Source: Escherichia phage REP2
Sequence record: OQ174501.1
DNA length: 64,000 nucleotides
Strand: one strand, 5' to 3'
Shown here: positions 27,970 to 38,034 of the stretch, one piece after another
Layout: the number at the start of each line of letters is the position of its first letter
Numbering within the stretch: the stretch's first letter is position 1
Made by a program: the position numbers and the translations under genes
Notes under the pieces: generated by a model
Databases searched by the model: none
The model's input: only the letters and a program-made list of their open reading frames with translations
What the model was told of the DNA's origin: nothing

Positions 27970-28204
27970 ATTGAGTTGGTACCAGTTTAAATCTCTTATG
28001 ACAAATGTTAAAGCTGTCATTGAAGAAAATCCGGGTCCTGAAAATATTACTATTCGCGAAAAAGCTTCAAAGATAGTATACAGTCTTGAAGAGATACAAA
28101 AAGACATTGAATCTATGGCAAAATTTATTGATGAGCCTATTAATAAAGTTTATATTCAAGACTATACTGTAGGTCAAATTCGCGATTTAGCAAGGAAAAT
28201 TTAA
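27962..28204 (+). CDS. hypothetical small protein (third tandem paralog)
   Basis: 80 aa ORF. Confidence 0.4.
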   Translation: MIELSWYQFKSLMTNVKAVIEENPGPENITIREKASKIVYSLEEIQKDIESMAKFIDEPINKVYIQDYTVGQIRDLARKI

Positions 28205-28887
28205 TGTTTGATTTTATTATAGATTTTGAAACAATGGGAAGCGGCGAAAAGGCAGCTGTTATTGATTTAGCTGTAATTGCTTTTGACCCTAATCCAGAAG
28301 TCGTTGAAACATTTGATGAATTAGTTTCACGTGGCATTAAAATCAAGTTTGATTTAAAAAGCCAAAAAGGACATCGTCTTTTTACTAAAAGTACTATCGA
28401 ATGGTGGAAGAATCAATCCCCTGAAGCTCGAAAAAATATTGCACCATCAGATGAAGATGTAAGCACCATCGATGGTATTGCAAAATTTAATGATTACATC
28501 AATGCACATAATATCGATCCTTGGAAATCTCAAGGCTGGTGCCGTGGAATGTCGTTTGATTTTCCAATTTTAGTCGATCTCATTCGTGATATTCAACGTC
28601 TTAATGGTGTTTCTGAGAATGAGCTTGACACATTTAAGTTAGAACCGTGTAAATTCTGGAATCAGCGTGATATTCGTACCAGAATTGAAGCACTTCTGCT
28701 TGTTCGTGATATGACCACATGTCCTCTTCCAAAGGGAACTTTAGATGGATTCGTTGCACATGATTCTATTCATGACTGTGCGAAAGACATCCTGATGATG
28801 AAGTATGCTTTGCGATATGCTATGGGTCTTGAAGATGCTCCGTCAGAGGAAGAGTGCGATCCTCTGTCTCTTCCAACAAAACGATAA
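28204..28887 (+). CDS. dexA: exonuclease A DexA (DEDD family)
   Basis: 227 aa; N-terminal FIIDFETMG DEDD exonuclease motif. Confidence 0.8.
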   Translation: MFDFIIDFETMGSGEKAAVIDLAVIAFDPNPEVVETFDELVSRGIKIKFDLKSQKGHRLFTKSTIEWWKNQSPEARKNIAPSDEDVSTIDGIAKFNDYINAHNIDPWKSQGWCRGMSFDFPILVDLIRDIQRLNGVSENELDTFKLEPCKFWNQRDIRTRIEALLLVRDMTTCPLPKGTLDGFVAHDSIHDCAKDILMMKYALRYAMGLEDAPSEEECDPLSLPTKR

Positions 28888-28893
28888 AAAGTT

Positions 28894-28923
28894 GTTTACT
28901 TCCTCGGTTAGTTGTGGTATTAT
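28894..28923 (+). promoter_or_regulatory. T4-type early promoter
   Basis: gtttac, 18-bp spacer, tattat. Confidence 0.45.
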
Positions 28924-28950
28924 AACACCATAGCTACTGAGGATAATAAA

Positions 28951-29451
28951 ATGAAAATTTATCGTGTTGAATCATCGTTTAGTATTCTTGATTATGAAGA
29001 TGCTATAACAATACGTCGAAATCTTTGTGTTCAAATAACGCCGTACAGGAGTATAATAGATTCATGGAGCGAAGAGTGGCTATTACACGTAGGTTATGAC
29101 AGACCTAATTTTATGCATCATAGCGATAATAATAAAAGAATTCCTTTACCACACGAAGATAAACTATTAGTTAAAAACGCTAATATAGTAATTAATACTA
29201 AGTTCAAGAAAGATTATGTTGGAGTAGAATATCATATTCCCGGATGGTTTATAGCTCTTTATCATTTTGCTTTTGCTAGCGAATATGATATGATGAGATG
29301 GTTCACACGAGAAGAGCGTGAAGAATTATCTTCGAAAGGATTTTATCTTGCTGTATACGAAGTACCAGATGACCAAGTTATCGTTGGCGGGCATCAAGTA
29401 ATGTTCCGCAAATCTCATGCCGAACTAAAAGGCTTTATTACCTTAGATTAA
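28951..29451 (+). CDS. MotB-like early protein (position of T4 motB)
   Basis: 166 aa from the ATG at 28951 with GAGGA SD. Confidence 0.45.
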   Translation: MKIYRVESSFSILDYEDAITIRRNLCVQITPYRSIIDSWSEEWLLHVGYDRPNFMHHSDNNKRIPLPHEDKLLVKNANIVINTKFKKDYVGVEYHIPGWFIALYHFAFASEYDMMRWFTREEREELSSKGFYLAVYEVPDDQVIVGGHQVMFRKSHAELKGFITLD

Positions 29452-29461
29452 AGAGAAAATT

Positions 29462-29965
29462 ATGATTAAAAATAATGCTGTTTATCAATTGAAAAAATTT
29501 GATGAAATTAAGAATTTTCCGGTACTGTCTAATACAGCTCATAATAAGTTTTGTGAACTTCTTGCTTTAACTGGCGGATATCCTTTTACTGTTATTAGTG
29601 TTAATAGCGGAATTCTTATCGGCATGATGTATATTGAAATTAGAAACTATTATGGAATGGTGTCATCGCTTATTATTTATGAAAAAGATTTTAGTCTATT
29701 GACAGAAATTGAAAAAGAAGAACAGGAAAAATCCCATATTGATATGGATTTAGTTTCTATGTATGTGGCACCAGTTGAAAAAATTGAAGACCCGACTGAT
29801 TTGTTGTGTAAGGCAGTTTACATTCGTCGTCCATTCGCGAATCCGGTCGGTGGTTGGGTAACTGACCAGTGGATTGAAGATGGCGTTGAACTTCTGAACG
29901 TAGTTCATGCTGGAGAATACTCTGTAGTTCCTCGTAGCGCAGTGATTAATGTTCGTGTAAGCTAG
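29462..29965 (+). CDS. hypothetical protein, paralog A with conserved C-terminal TDQW(I/V)EDGV module
   Basis: 167 aa ORF. Confidence 0.5.
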   Translation: MIKNNAVYQLKKFDEIKNFPVLSNTAHNKFCELLALTGGYPFTVISVNSGILIGMMYIEIRNYYGMVSSLIIYEKDFSLLTEIEKEEQEKSHIDMDLVSMYVAPVEKIEDPTDLLCKAVYIRRPFANPVGGWVTDQWIEDGVELLNVVHAGEYSVVPRSAVINVRVS

Positions 29966-29994
29966 TTTACAAACTCTTGGGACCAGAGTATAAT
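29965..29994 (+). promoter_or_regulatory. T4-type early promoter with inverted repeat around the -10 (PeSL-like)
   Basis: gtttac 29965-29970, tataat 29989-29994; gggacca/tggtcc inverted repeat flanks the -10. Confidence 0.55.
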
Positions 29995-30038
29995 GGTCCT
30001 GTGGAGTATAAAATCTTTTTAACAAGTGAGAGATAATT

Positions 30039-30530
30039 ATGAATATTAATATCGGCGAAATTGCTCGTGTATCTGATAAATCCCGTTCTAAAGCAGCAGG
30101 AAAATTGGTCGAAGTTGTAAGCATTCAGCTTAAACACGGTGTTAAAGATGAAGATTCTGAAGTAAAAGTACGTATCATTGCTAAAGATGGAATGTCTAAG
30201 CCCCAGTTTGGTTATGTTCGATGGAAATTTCTTGAGCCTGCGTTTTTGAAAGCTGTTCCTGCTAAAGGAATTGAAACGATTGATACTTCGCATGTAGGTG
30301 TAGACTTTAAGTGGAAACTTGGTCAAGCTATCAAGTTCATTGCTCCTTATGAGTTTGAATTTATCGAAGGTGGACAACCACTTCCTCGGCGTACTCGCGC
30401 TATGTGTGCATACATTACTGATCAATGGGTAGAAGATGGCGTTAAGTTATACAACGCGGTATTTTTAGGAACATACAAAGTCATTCCTGAAAGTTGGATT
30501 AAACACTATAGCAAAGCTCGCTATGCATAA
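30039..30530 (+). CDS. hypothetical protein, paralog B with conserved C-terminal TDQW(I/V)EDGV module
   Basis: 163 aa ORF. Confidence 0.5.
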   Translation: MNINIGEIARVSDKSRSKAAGKLVEVVSIQLKHGVKDEDSEVKVRIIAKDGMSKPQFGYVRWKFLEPAFLKAVPAKGIETIDTSHVGVDFKWKLGQAIKFIAPYEFEFIEGGQPLPRRTRAMCAYITDQWVEDGVKLYNAVFLGTYKVIPESWIKHYSKARYA

Positions 30531-30702
30531 AGTTTAAAATTTTTTCATAAAACTATATACATCAGTAGTTGATTATGGTACTATATCAATATCAACTACT
30601 GATATAGAAAATAATTTGGAGAATAAAATGGAAAATTTGCTAAAGGTGCTGCTACTCTTCTGAAACGCATCGCTCCAATGTTCAATTAACGAGGAAATTG
30701 TA

Positions 30703-30918
30703 ATGAAACGTAAAATTGTTCAGAACTGCACTAATGACGAATTTGAAGATGTGTTATTCGATCCAGATTTGGTAGTAGTTCAAAAGGAACACACTGCTAA
30801 GTTTACTCACTTGACTTCGGTTTATGTGTATGAAAAGGTTGGGGATAAACAACCAATTTACGGTGTATTTCGTGAAATCACTGAAGATGGTACAACTTAC
30901 TGGAAGGAAATTTATTAA
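30703..30918 (+). CDS. hypothetical small protein
   Basis: 71 aa ORF with GAGGA SD. Confidence 0.45.
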   Translation: MKRKIVQNCTNDEFEDVLFDPDLVVVQKEHTAKFTHLTSVYVYEKVGDKQPIYGVFREITEDGTTYWKEIY

Positions 30919-31337
30919 TGGCTATTAAATTTGAAGTTAATAAATGGTATCAATTTAAAAATAAACAAGCTCAAGAAAATTTTATTAAAGACCATACTGA
31001 TAACGGAATCTATGCGCGGCGTTTAGGTATGGAACCTTTTAAAGTTATAGATATTGACCATCTTGGTCGTCCTACTAAAATTGTGACATCTACTGGAAGA
31101 TTGGCGTTATCCTCCGGTAAAGATATTTTGGATGAAGATTTTATTTGGCTTTCAACGAGCGAAGCTGAGTTCTTTAATGAAGTGGAAAATCCATATCAGG
31201 CAGCTGAAGAACAAGAGCAGGAAGAGCAAGAACAAATAGAAGATTTCACAGAATTCCCGATCATGAAAGTTACTATTGAAAATAATGAACAAGCATGGTC
31301 CTTGTATCAGATGTTGAAAGCACACTTTAAGGAATAA
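30918..31337 (+). CDS. hypothetical acidic protein
   Basis: 139 aa; [10 protein letters not shown] acidic stretch. Confidence 0.45.
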   Translation: MAIKFEVNKWYQFKNKQAQENFIKDHTDNGIYARRLGMEPFKVIDIDHLGRPTKIVTSTGRLALSSGKDILDEDFIWLSTSEAEFFNEVENPYQAAEEQEQEEQEQIEDFTEFPIMKVTIENNEQAWSLYQMLKAHFKE

Positions 31338-31339
31338 TT

Positions 31340-31516
31340 ATGCCAATGTATGATTATAAATGCCAATCCGAAGATTGCGGGCATGAATATGAAAAAATTA
31401 AAAAGATTTCTGAACGAGAAAATGATGTTTGCCCTAAATGTCATCGTCTGTCTACTCGTCGGCCTTCTGCTCCTAAGCATGTGAATGGTGGATTTTACGA
31501 CTTACTTAAAGGGTAA
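31340..31516 (+). CDS. small zinc-ribbon protein
   Basis: 58 aa; YKCQSEDCGHEY and CPKCH CxxC pairs. Confidence 0.4.
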   Translation: MPMYDYKCQSEDCGHEYEKIKKISERENDVCPKCHRLSTRRPSAPKHVNGGFYDLLKG

Positions 31517-31518
31517 TT

Positions 31519-31890
31519 ATGTTTAAAATCGGTAAGAAATATCGCATTCGTGAAGGTGAAGAACAGAAATATCTACTTTCTGCTAGTAATAGGAATAGTT
31601 CTATTAATGCTGTAATATTGACTAGTGAATTTATCGTTGAAGATATGAAAGGTCATAATGTTACAATGATTAGTACAGCATCTGGAAATGATGGAAAAAT
31701 TCTTCACAGTTTTCAGAGTAATGTTCTAATATATGATGAAGAATTTGACCTATTCGAAGAAGTCCCCGAAGGTTTTGATTTTGAATGCACTATCACTATG
31801 AAATCTGGTGACCCTCTTTCATTTACGGTTAAAGATGAAAGAAGTCGCTTGAGAATTATTAGTCTCCTTCAAGCCATTAAATTTGAGTGA
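31519..31890 (+). CDS. hypothetical protein
   Basis: 123 aa ORF. Confidence 0.45.
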   Translation: MFKIGKKYRIREGEEQKYLLSASNRNSSINAVILTSEFIVEDMKGHNVTMISTASGNDGKILHSFQSNVLIYDEEFDLFEEVPEGFDFECTITMKSGDPLSFTVKDERSRLRIISLLQAIKFE

Positions 31891-31894
31891 AATT

Positions 31895-32155
31895 ATGAAA
31901 TATATTAATCGTTCTATCGCAGCATTAGTATTAGCAGTGTCTTTAGCAGGATGTACTGATACTGATAATGCAACCAAAATTTTGTCATCAAGCGGTTTTA
32001 CTAATATTGAAATCACTGGATACAACTGGTTCGGTTGCTCTGAAAATGATTTCCAACATACTGGATTTCGTGCTATTGGACCTACTGGGCAGAAAGTAGA
32101 AGGAACCGTGTGTTCTGGTCTATTCTTCAAGGATTCGACTATCCGTTTTAAATAA
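31895..32155 (+). CDS. hypothetical lipoprotein
   Basis: 86 aa from the ATG at 31895; signal plus lipobox LAGC. Confidence 0.45.
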   Translation: MKYINRSIAALVLAVSLAGCTDTDNATKILSSSGFTNIEITGYNWFGCSENDFQHTGFRAIGPTGQKVEGTVCSGLFFKDSTIRFK

Positions 32156-32175
32156 AAGGCCTTCGGGCCTTTAGC
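32156..32175 (+). terminator. terminator-like hairpin (GGCC-UUCG-GGCC) with U-rich tail
   Basis: aaggccttcgggcctttagcttt; same hairpin-ctttagcttt architecture as at 532-556. Confidence 0.4.
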
Positions 32176-32224
32176 TTTATGATTACCGGAGTATAATATT
32201 CCCGAAACCAAACGAGGATAAGTG

Positions 32225-34042
32225 ATGATTAAGAATGAAATTAAAATTCTGAGCGATATTGAACATATCAAAAAGCGTAGCGGCATGTATATTGGCTCTT
32301 CTGCTAATGAAATGCATGAGCGCTTTCTGTTTGGTAAATGGGAAAGTGTTCAGTATGTACCTGGTCTTGTTAAGCTTATTGATGAAATTATCGATAACTC
32401 AGTAGATGAAGGTATTCGTACTAAGTTTAAATTCGCAAATAAAATTAATGTTACTATTAAAAACAATCAAGTAACAGTTGAAGATAACGGTCGCGGTATT
32501 CCACAAGCGATGGTTAAAACACCTACCGGTGAAGAAATTCCTGGTCCTGTTGCTGCATGGACTATTCCAAAAGCAGGTGGTAACTTTGGTGATGATAAAG
32601 AACGCGTCACTGGCGGTATGAATGGTGTTGGTTCTAGTTTGACAAACATTTTTTCTGTGATGTTTGTCGGTGAAACTGGTGATGGTCAAAATAATATTGT
32701 AGTTCGTTGTTCAAATGGCATGGAAAATAAATCATGGGAAACTATTCCTGGAAAATGGAAAGGAACTCGTGTTACTTTCATTCCTGATTTTATGTCATTT
32801 GAAACTAATGAGCTGTCCCAAGTTTATCTTGACATTACACTAGATCGTCTCCAGACACTTGCAGTAGTTTATCCTGATATTCAATTTACCTTTAATGGTA
32901 AAAAGGTTCAGGGCAATTTTAAGAAATATGCACGCCAATATGATGAGCATGCTATTGTTCAAGAACAAGAAAATTGCTCTATTGCGGTTGGTCGTTCACC
33001 GGATGGTTTTCGTCAATTAACTTATGTGAATAACATTCACACTAAGAATGGTGGCCATCACATTGACTGTGTTATGGATGATATTTGTGAAGACCTTATT
33101 CCACAAATCAAACGTAAGTTCAAAATTGATGTGACTAAAGCACGCGTTAAAGAATGTTTGACTATCGTTATGTTTGTTCGTGATATGAAAAACATGCGAT
33201 TTGATTCTCAAACTAAAGAGCGTTTGACTTCTCCATTTGGTGAAATCCGTAGTCATATTCAGCTTGATGCTAAAAAGATTTCACGTGCTATTTTGAATAA
33301 TGAAGCAATTCTGATGCCAATTATTGAAGCTGCACTAGCTCGTAAATTGGCGGCGGAAAAGGCAGCAGAAACTAAAGCAGCTAAAAAGGCTTCTAAAGCT
33401 AAGGTTCATAAACATATTAAAGCGAATCTTTGTGGTAAAGATGCTGACACTACTCTTTTCTTGACTGAGGGTGATTCGGCTATCGGATATCTTATTGATG
33501 TTCGTGATAAAGAACTTCACGGTGGTTATCCATTGCGCGGTAAAGTTCTCAACAGTTGGGGTATGTCTTATGCAGATATGCTTAAAAACAAAGAACTATT
33601 TGATATTTGCGCAATCACTGGATTAGTTCTCGGTGAAAAAGCTGAAAACTTGAATTATCATAATATTGCTATTATGACTGATGCTGACCATGATGGTCTA
33701 GGAAGCATTTATCCTTCTCTGCTCGGATTTTTTAGTAATTGGCCAGAATTGTTTGAGCAAGGACGAATTCGCTTTGTCAAAACTCCTGTAATCATCGCTC
33801 AGGTCGGTAAAAAACAAGAATGGTTTTATACAGTCGCTGAATATGAGAGTGCCAAAGATGCTCTACCTAAACATAGCATCCGTTATATTAAAGGACTTGG
33901 CTCTTTGGAAAAATCTGAATATCGTGAGATGATTCAAAATCCAGTATATGATGTTGTTAAACTTCCTGAGAACTGGAAAGAGCTTTTTGAAATGCTCATG
34001 GGAGATAATGCTGACCTTCGTAAAGAATGGATGAGCCAGTAG
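32225..34042 (+). CDS. 39: DNA topoisomerase II large subunit, uninterrupted gene 39 plus 60 (GyrB-like ATPase and Toprim)
   Basis: 605 aa; GHKL ATPase region, Toprim TEGDSA and DADHDG; the residues around the T4 gene 60 bypass site (DADHDG-LGSIYPSL) are encoded contiguously. Confidence 0.85.
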   Translation: MIKNEIKILSDIEHIKKRSGMYIGSSANEMHERFLFGKWESVQYVPGLVKLIDEIIDNSVDEGIRTKFKFANKINVTIKNNQVTVEDNGRGIPQAMVKTPTGEEIPGPVAAWTIPKAGGNFGDDKERVTGGMNGVGSSLTNIFSVMFVGETGDGQNNIVVRCSNGMENKSWETIPGKWKGTRVTFIPDFMSFETNELSQVYLDITLDRLQTLAVVYPDIQFTFNGKKVQGNFKKYARQYDEHAIVQEQENCSIAVGRSPDGFRQLTYVNNIHTKNGGHHIDCVMDDICEDLIPQIKRKFKIDVTKARVKECLTIVMFVRDMKNMRFDSQTKERLTSPFGEIRSHIQLDAKKISRAILNNEAILMPIIEAALARKLAAEKAAETKAAKKASKAKVHKHIKANLCGKDADTTLFLTEGDSAIGYLIDVRDKELHGGYPLRGKVLNSWGMSYADMLKNKELFDICAITGLVLGEKAENLNYHNIAIMTDADHDGLGSIYPSLLGFFSNWPELFEQGRIRFVKTPVIIAQVGKKQEWFYTVAEYESAKDALPKHSIRYIKGLGSLEKSEYREMIQNPVYDVVKLPENWKELFEMLMGDNADLRKEWMSQ

Positions 34043-34071
34043 TTTACTTTACTACAAGGATGTGGTATAAT
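34042..34071 (+). promoter_or_regulatory. T4-type early promoter
   Basis: gtttac, 18-bp spacer, tataat. Confidence 0.5.
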
Positions 34072-34096
34072 TAATTGGGCAAATGAGGATATTGAA

Positions 34097-34300
34097 ATGA
34101 AATCATATAAAGTAAATTTAGAACTTTTTGATAAAGCAGTTCATCGAGAATATAGAATCATTCAACGCTTTTTCGATATGGGAGAAGCCGAAGAATTTAA
34201 AAACCGCTTTAAGGATATTAGAGATAAAATTCAATCCGACACTGCAACTAAAGATGAACTACTAGAAGTTGCTGAAGTTATTAAACGCAATATGAATTAA
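34097..34300 (+). CDS. hypothetical small protein (rIIA.1-like position)
   Basis: 67 aa ORF. Confidence 0.4.
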   Translation: MKSYKVNLELFDKAVHREYRIIQRFFDMGEAEEFKNRFKDIRDKIQSDTATKDELLEVAEVIKRNMN

Positions 34301-34310
34301 TGAGGAAATT

Positions 34311-36488
34311 ATGATTATCACCACTGAAAAAGAAACAATTCTTGGCAATGGTTCTAAATCAAAAGCATTTAGCATCACAGCATCTCCTAAAGTATTTAAA
34401 ATTCTGTCATCTGATTTGTATACAAACAAGATTCGTGCAGTAGTCCGTGAATTAATTACTAATATGATTGATGCCCATGCACTTAATGGAAATCCTGAAA
34501 AATTTATCATACAAGTTCCAGGACGATTAGATCCGCGATTTGTTTGTCGAGATTTTGGTCCGGGTATGAGTGATTTTGATATTCAGGGTGATGATAATTC
34601 TCCTGGGTTATATAATTCATACTTCAGTTCATCTAAGGCTGAATCTAATGACTTTATTGGCGGGTTTGGTTTAGGTTCTAAATCTCCGTTTAGTTATACT
34701 GATACATTTAGTATTACTTCGTATCATAAAGGTGAAATTCGTGGTTATGTAGCTTACATGGATGGTGATGGTCCACAGATTAAACCTACATTCGTAAAAG
34801 AAATGGGTCCAGATGATAAAACTGGTATTGAAATCGTAGTTCCAGTTGAAGAAAAAGACTTTAGAAACTTTGCTTATGAAGTTTCTTATATCATGCGACC
34901 ATTCAAAGATTTGGCTATCATTAATGGTCTTGACCGCGAAATTGATTATTTTCCGGATTTTGATGACTATTACGGTGTAAATCCAGAAAGATACTGGCCT
35001 GATCGTGGTGGATTATATGCTATCTATGGCGGTATTGTTTATCCTATCGATGGTGTTATTAGAGACCGTAACTGGCTAAGCATTCGCAATGAAGTGAATT
35101 ACATTAAGTTTCCAATGGGTTCACTTGATATTGCTCCATCTCGCGAGGCTCTTTCACTGGATGATCGTACTCGTAAAAATATTATTGAACGAGTTAAAGA
35201 ACTCAGTGAGAAAGCATTTAATGAAGATGTAAAACGATTTAAAGAATCCACATCTCCCCGTCATACATATCGTGAATTGATGAAGATGGGGTATTCTGCT
35301 CGAGATTATATGATTAGTAATTCAGTCAAATTTACGACTAAAAATCTGTCATATAAGAAGATGCAAAGCATGTTTGAACCTGATAGTAAGTTATGCAATG
35401 CAGGAGTTGTGTATGAAGTAAATCTTGACCCTCGACTGAAGCGCATTAAGCAAAGTCATGAAACTTCAGCCGTTGCATCAAGTTATCGTCTGTTTGGTAT
35501 TAATGCAACAAAAATTAATATCGTTATTGATAATATTAAAAATCGTGTTAATATTGTCCGTGGATTAGCACATGCGTTAGATGATAGTGAATTTAATAAC
35601 ACTTTGAATATTCATCACAACGAACGCCTTCTGTTTATTAATCCAGAAGTAGAATCGCAGATTGATTTGCTTCCTGATATTATGGCGATGTTTGAAAGTG
35701 ATGAAGTTAACATTCATTATTTGTCAGAAATTGAAGCTTTAGTTAAAAGCTATATTCCAAAGGTAGTTAAAAGTAAAGCTCCTCGTCCTAAAGCTGCTAC
35801 AGCATTTAAGTTTGAAATTAAAGACGGGCGCTGGGAAAAAGAGGAATTATTTACGCTCACATCAGAAGCAGATGAAATTACTGGGTATGTAGCGTATATG
35901 CATCGTTCTGATATTTTCTCTATGGATGGTACTACATCTCTTTGTCATCCATCTATGAATATTTTGATTCGTATGGCTAATCTTATTGGCATTAATGAGT
36001 TTTATGTTATTCGTCCGCTTTTGCAGAAAAAGGTAAAAGAACTCGGTCAGTGCCAATGTATTTTTGAAACTCTGCGTGATTTATATGTAGATGCTTTTGA
36101 TGATGTAGATTATGATAAGTACGTAGGTTATTCAAGTTCAGCTCAACGATATATTGATAAAATTATCAAGTATCCTGAACTAGATTTTATGATGAAGTAC
36201 TTCAGTACAGATGAAGTTTCTGAAGAATATACACGACTCGCTAATATAGTTAGTTCATTGCGCGGTGTATATTTTAATGGTGGAAAAGATACCATCGGTC
36301 ATGACATCTGGACAGTAACTAATCTTTTTGATGTATTATCAAATAATGCTTCAAAAAACAGTGATAAAATGGTTGCTGAGTTTACCAAGAAATTCCGTAT
36401 TGTTTCCGACTTCATCGGATATCGCAACTCTTTAAGTGATGATGAAGTTTCTCAAATCGCTAAAACTATGAAGGCCCTTGCGGCCTAA
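34311..36488 (+). CDS. rIIA: rIIA protein
   Basis: 725 aa; size and position match T4 rIIA, upstream of rIIB. Confidence 0.85.
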   Translation: MIITTEKETILGNGSKSKAFSITASPKVFKILSSDLYTNKIRAVVRELITNMIDAHALNGNPEKFIIQVPGRLDPRFVCRDFGPGMSDFDIQGDDNSPGLYNSYFSSSKAESNDFIGGFGLGSKSPFSYTDTFSITSYHKGEIRGYVAYMDGDGPQIKPTFVKEMGPDDKTGIEIVVPVEEKDFRNFAYEVSYIMRPFKDLAIINGLDREIDYFPDFDDYYGVNPERYWPDRGGLYAIYGGIVYPIDGVIRDRNWLSIRNEVNYIKFPMGSLDIAPSREALSLDDRTRKNIIERVKELSEKAFNEDVKRFKESTSPRHTYRELMKMGYSARDYMISNSVKFTTKNLSYKKMQSMFEPDSKLCNAGVVYEVNLDPRLKRIKQSHETSAVASSYRLFGINATKINIVIDNIKNRVNIVRGLAHALDDSEFNNTLNIHHNERLLFINPEVESQIDLLPDIMAMFESDEVNIHYLSEIEALVKSYIPKVVKSKAPRPKAATAFKFEIKDGRWEKEELFTLTSEADEITGYVAYMHRSDIFSMDGTTSLCHPSMNILIRMANLIGINEFYVIRPLLQKKVKELGQCQCIFETLRDLYVDAFDDVDYDKYVGYSSSAQRYIDKIIKYPELDFMMKYFSTDEVSEEYTRLANIVSSLRGVYFNGGKDTIGHDIWTVTNLFDVLSNNASKNSDKMVAEFTKKFRIVSDFIGYRNSLSDDEVSQIAKTMKALAA

Positions 36489-36499
36489 TAAGGAAAATT

Positions 36500-37438
36500 A
36501 TGTACAATATTAAATGCCTGACCAAAAACGAACAAGCTGAAATTGTTAAGCTGTATTCAAGTGGTAATTACACCCAACAGGAATTGGCTGATTGGCAAGG
36601 TGTATCGGTTGACACAATCCGTCGTGTTTTGAAAAATGCTGAAGAAGCTAAACGCTCTAAAGTTACTATTAGCGGTGACATTACAGTTAAAGTTAATAGC
36701 GATGCAGTTATTGCTCCAGTTGCTAAATCTGACATTATTTGGAATGCATCTAAAAAATTCATTTCAATTACTGTTGACGGTGTAACTTATAACGCAACTC
36801 CTAATACTCATTCAAACTTCCAGGAAATTCTTAATCTGCTCGTAGCAGATAAGTTAGAAGAAGCGGCACAAAAAATTAATGTTCGTCGCGCTGTTGAAAA
36901 ATATATTTCCGGCGATGTTCGAATTGAAGGCGGAAGCTTGTTCTATCAAAATATCGAATTACGGTCTGGTTTAGTTGATCGTATTCTCGATTCGATGGAA
37001 AAAGGCGAAAACTTTGAATTTTATTTTCCATTCTTGGAAAATTTGTTGGAAAACCCAAGCCAAAAAGCGGTATCTCGACTCTTTGATTTCTTGGTAGCAA
37101 ATGATATTGAAATTACAGAAGATGGTTACTTCTATGCTTGGAAAGTAGTTCGCAGCAATTACTTTGACTGTCATTCAAATACTTTTGATAACAGTCCTGG
37201 TAAAGTAGTTAAAATGCCACGTACTCGTGTGAATGACGATGATACACAAACTTGTTCTCGTGGTCTGCATGTGTGTTCTAAATCTTATATTCGTCACTTT
37301 GGCAGTTCAACCAGCCGAGTTGTAAAAGTTAAAGTACATCCGCGTGATGTAGTATCAATTCCGATTGATTACAACGATGCTAAAATGCGTACCTGTCAAT
37401 ACGAAGTAGTTGAAGACGTTACTGAACAATTTAAATAA
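36500..37438 (+). CDS. rIIB: rIIB protein
   Basis: 312 aa; size and position match T4 rIIB. Confidence 0.85.
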   Translation: MYNIKCLTKNEQAEIVKLYSSGNYTQQELADWQGVSVDTIRRVLKNAEEAKRSKVTISGDITVKVNSDAVIAPVAKSDIIWNASKKFISITVDGVTYNATPNTHSNFQEILNLLVADKLEEAAQKINVRRAVEKYISGDVRIEGGSLFYQNIELRSGLVDRILDSMEKGENFEFYFPFLENLLENPSQKAVSRLFDFLVANDIEITEDGYFYAWKVVRSNYFDCHSNTFDNSPGKVVKMPRTRVNDDDTQTCSRGLHVCSKSYIRHFGSSTSRVVKVKVHPRDVVSIPIDYNDAKMRTCQYEVVEDVTEQFK

Positions 37439-37450
37439 GGGCTTCGGCCC
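37439..37450 (+). other. GGGC-UUCG-GCCC stem-loop after rIIB (possible terminator or RNA stability element, weak U tract)
   Basis: gggcttcggccc directly after the rIIB stop. Confidence 0.35.
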
Positions 37451-37466
37451 TTAACTAAGGAAAATT

Positions 37467-37661
37467 ATGTTAGGTTATCAAGCACGAGTAAAAGAAGAAT
37501 ACGATCAATTAATGCTCAAAATTAATGCACTGAGCAAATTTTTAGAAAGCGCAAAGTTTCTAACAGTTAGTGCAGTTGAGCAAGAACTGTTACTTTCGCA
37601 GTTTATCTCAATGAAATCTTATGCTGACTGTTTAGAGAAAAGAATTGAACAATTCAAATAA
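37467..37661 (+). CDS. hypothetical small protein
   Basis: 64 aa ORF. Confidence 0.4.
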   Translation: MLGYQARVKEEYDQLMLKINALSKFLESAKFLTVSAVEQELLLSQFISMKSYADCLEKRIEQFK

Positions 37662-37671
37662 ATAAATAAAT

Positions 37672-37695
37672 AAGGGCTTCGGCCCTTTTGTTTTA
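37672..37695 (+). terminator. rho-independent terminator (GGGC-UUCG-GCCC plus UUUUGUUUU)
   Basis: aagggcttcggcccttttgtttt. Confidence 0.6.
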
Positions 37696-37704
37696 AGGTA
37701 AATT

Positions 37705-38034
37705 ATGATTTATTGTATGAATATCGGTGACACCGACATAAAAGAAATTTCTCTACATGGTAATCATTACGCTAATATTGTGTACTGCAATAAATTCGAG
37801 TTTGGGCATGAAAAACTTGGAGTTCTTTACTGCAATGATGTTATAGTCATGGACAAAAAGAATCTCGATGAACTTGATCGTAATTCTTTAGATGAAAATG
37901 ATCGAATTTACTATGGTACTCTTAAAGTGTATAACGCTTATCTTAGTGGTAAAAAGGAAAGTTTAAATGCAGAAAACGAATCCGGGGTTACAGAGACTAT
38001 TTCAGATTCCGACATTTACCCTATCGAACAGTGA
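37705..38034 (+). CDS. hypothetical protein
   Basis: 109 aa ORF; overlaps the next ORF by 68 nt. Confidence 0.4.
   Translation: MIYCMNIGDTDIKEISLHGNHYANIVYCNKFEFGHEKLGVLYCNDVIVMDKKNLDELDRNSLDENDRIYYGTLKVYNAYLSGKKESLNAENESGVTETISDSDIYPIEQ

Noticed and set aside
33692-33703. Searched for a gene 60-type translational bypass (take-off GGA followed by a stop and a roughly 50-nt gap)
   Set aside because: The coding sequence is continuous (gat ggt cta gga); no in-frame stop or gap
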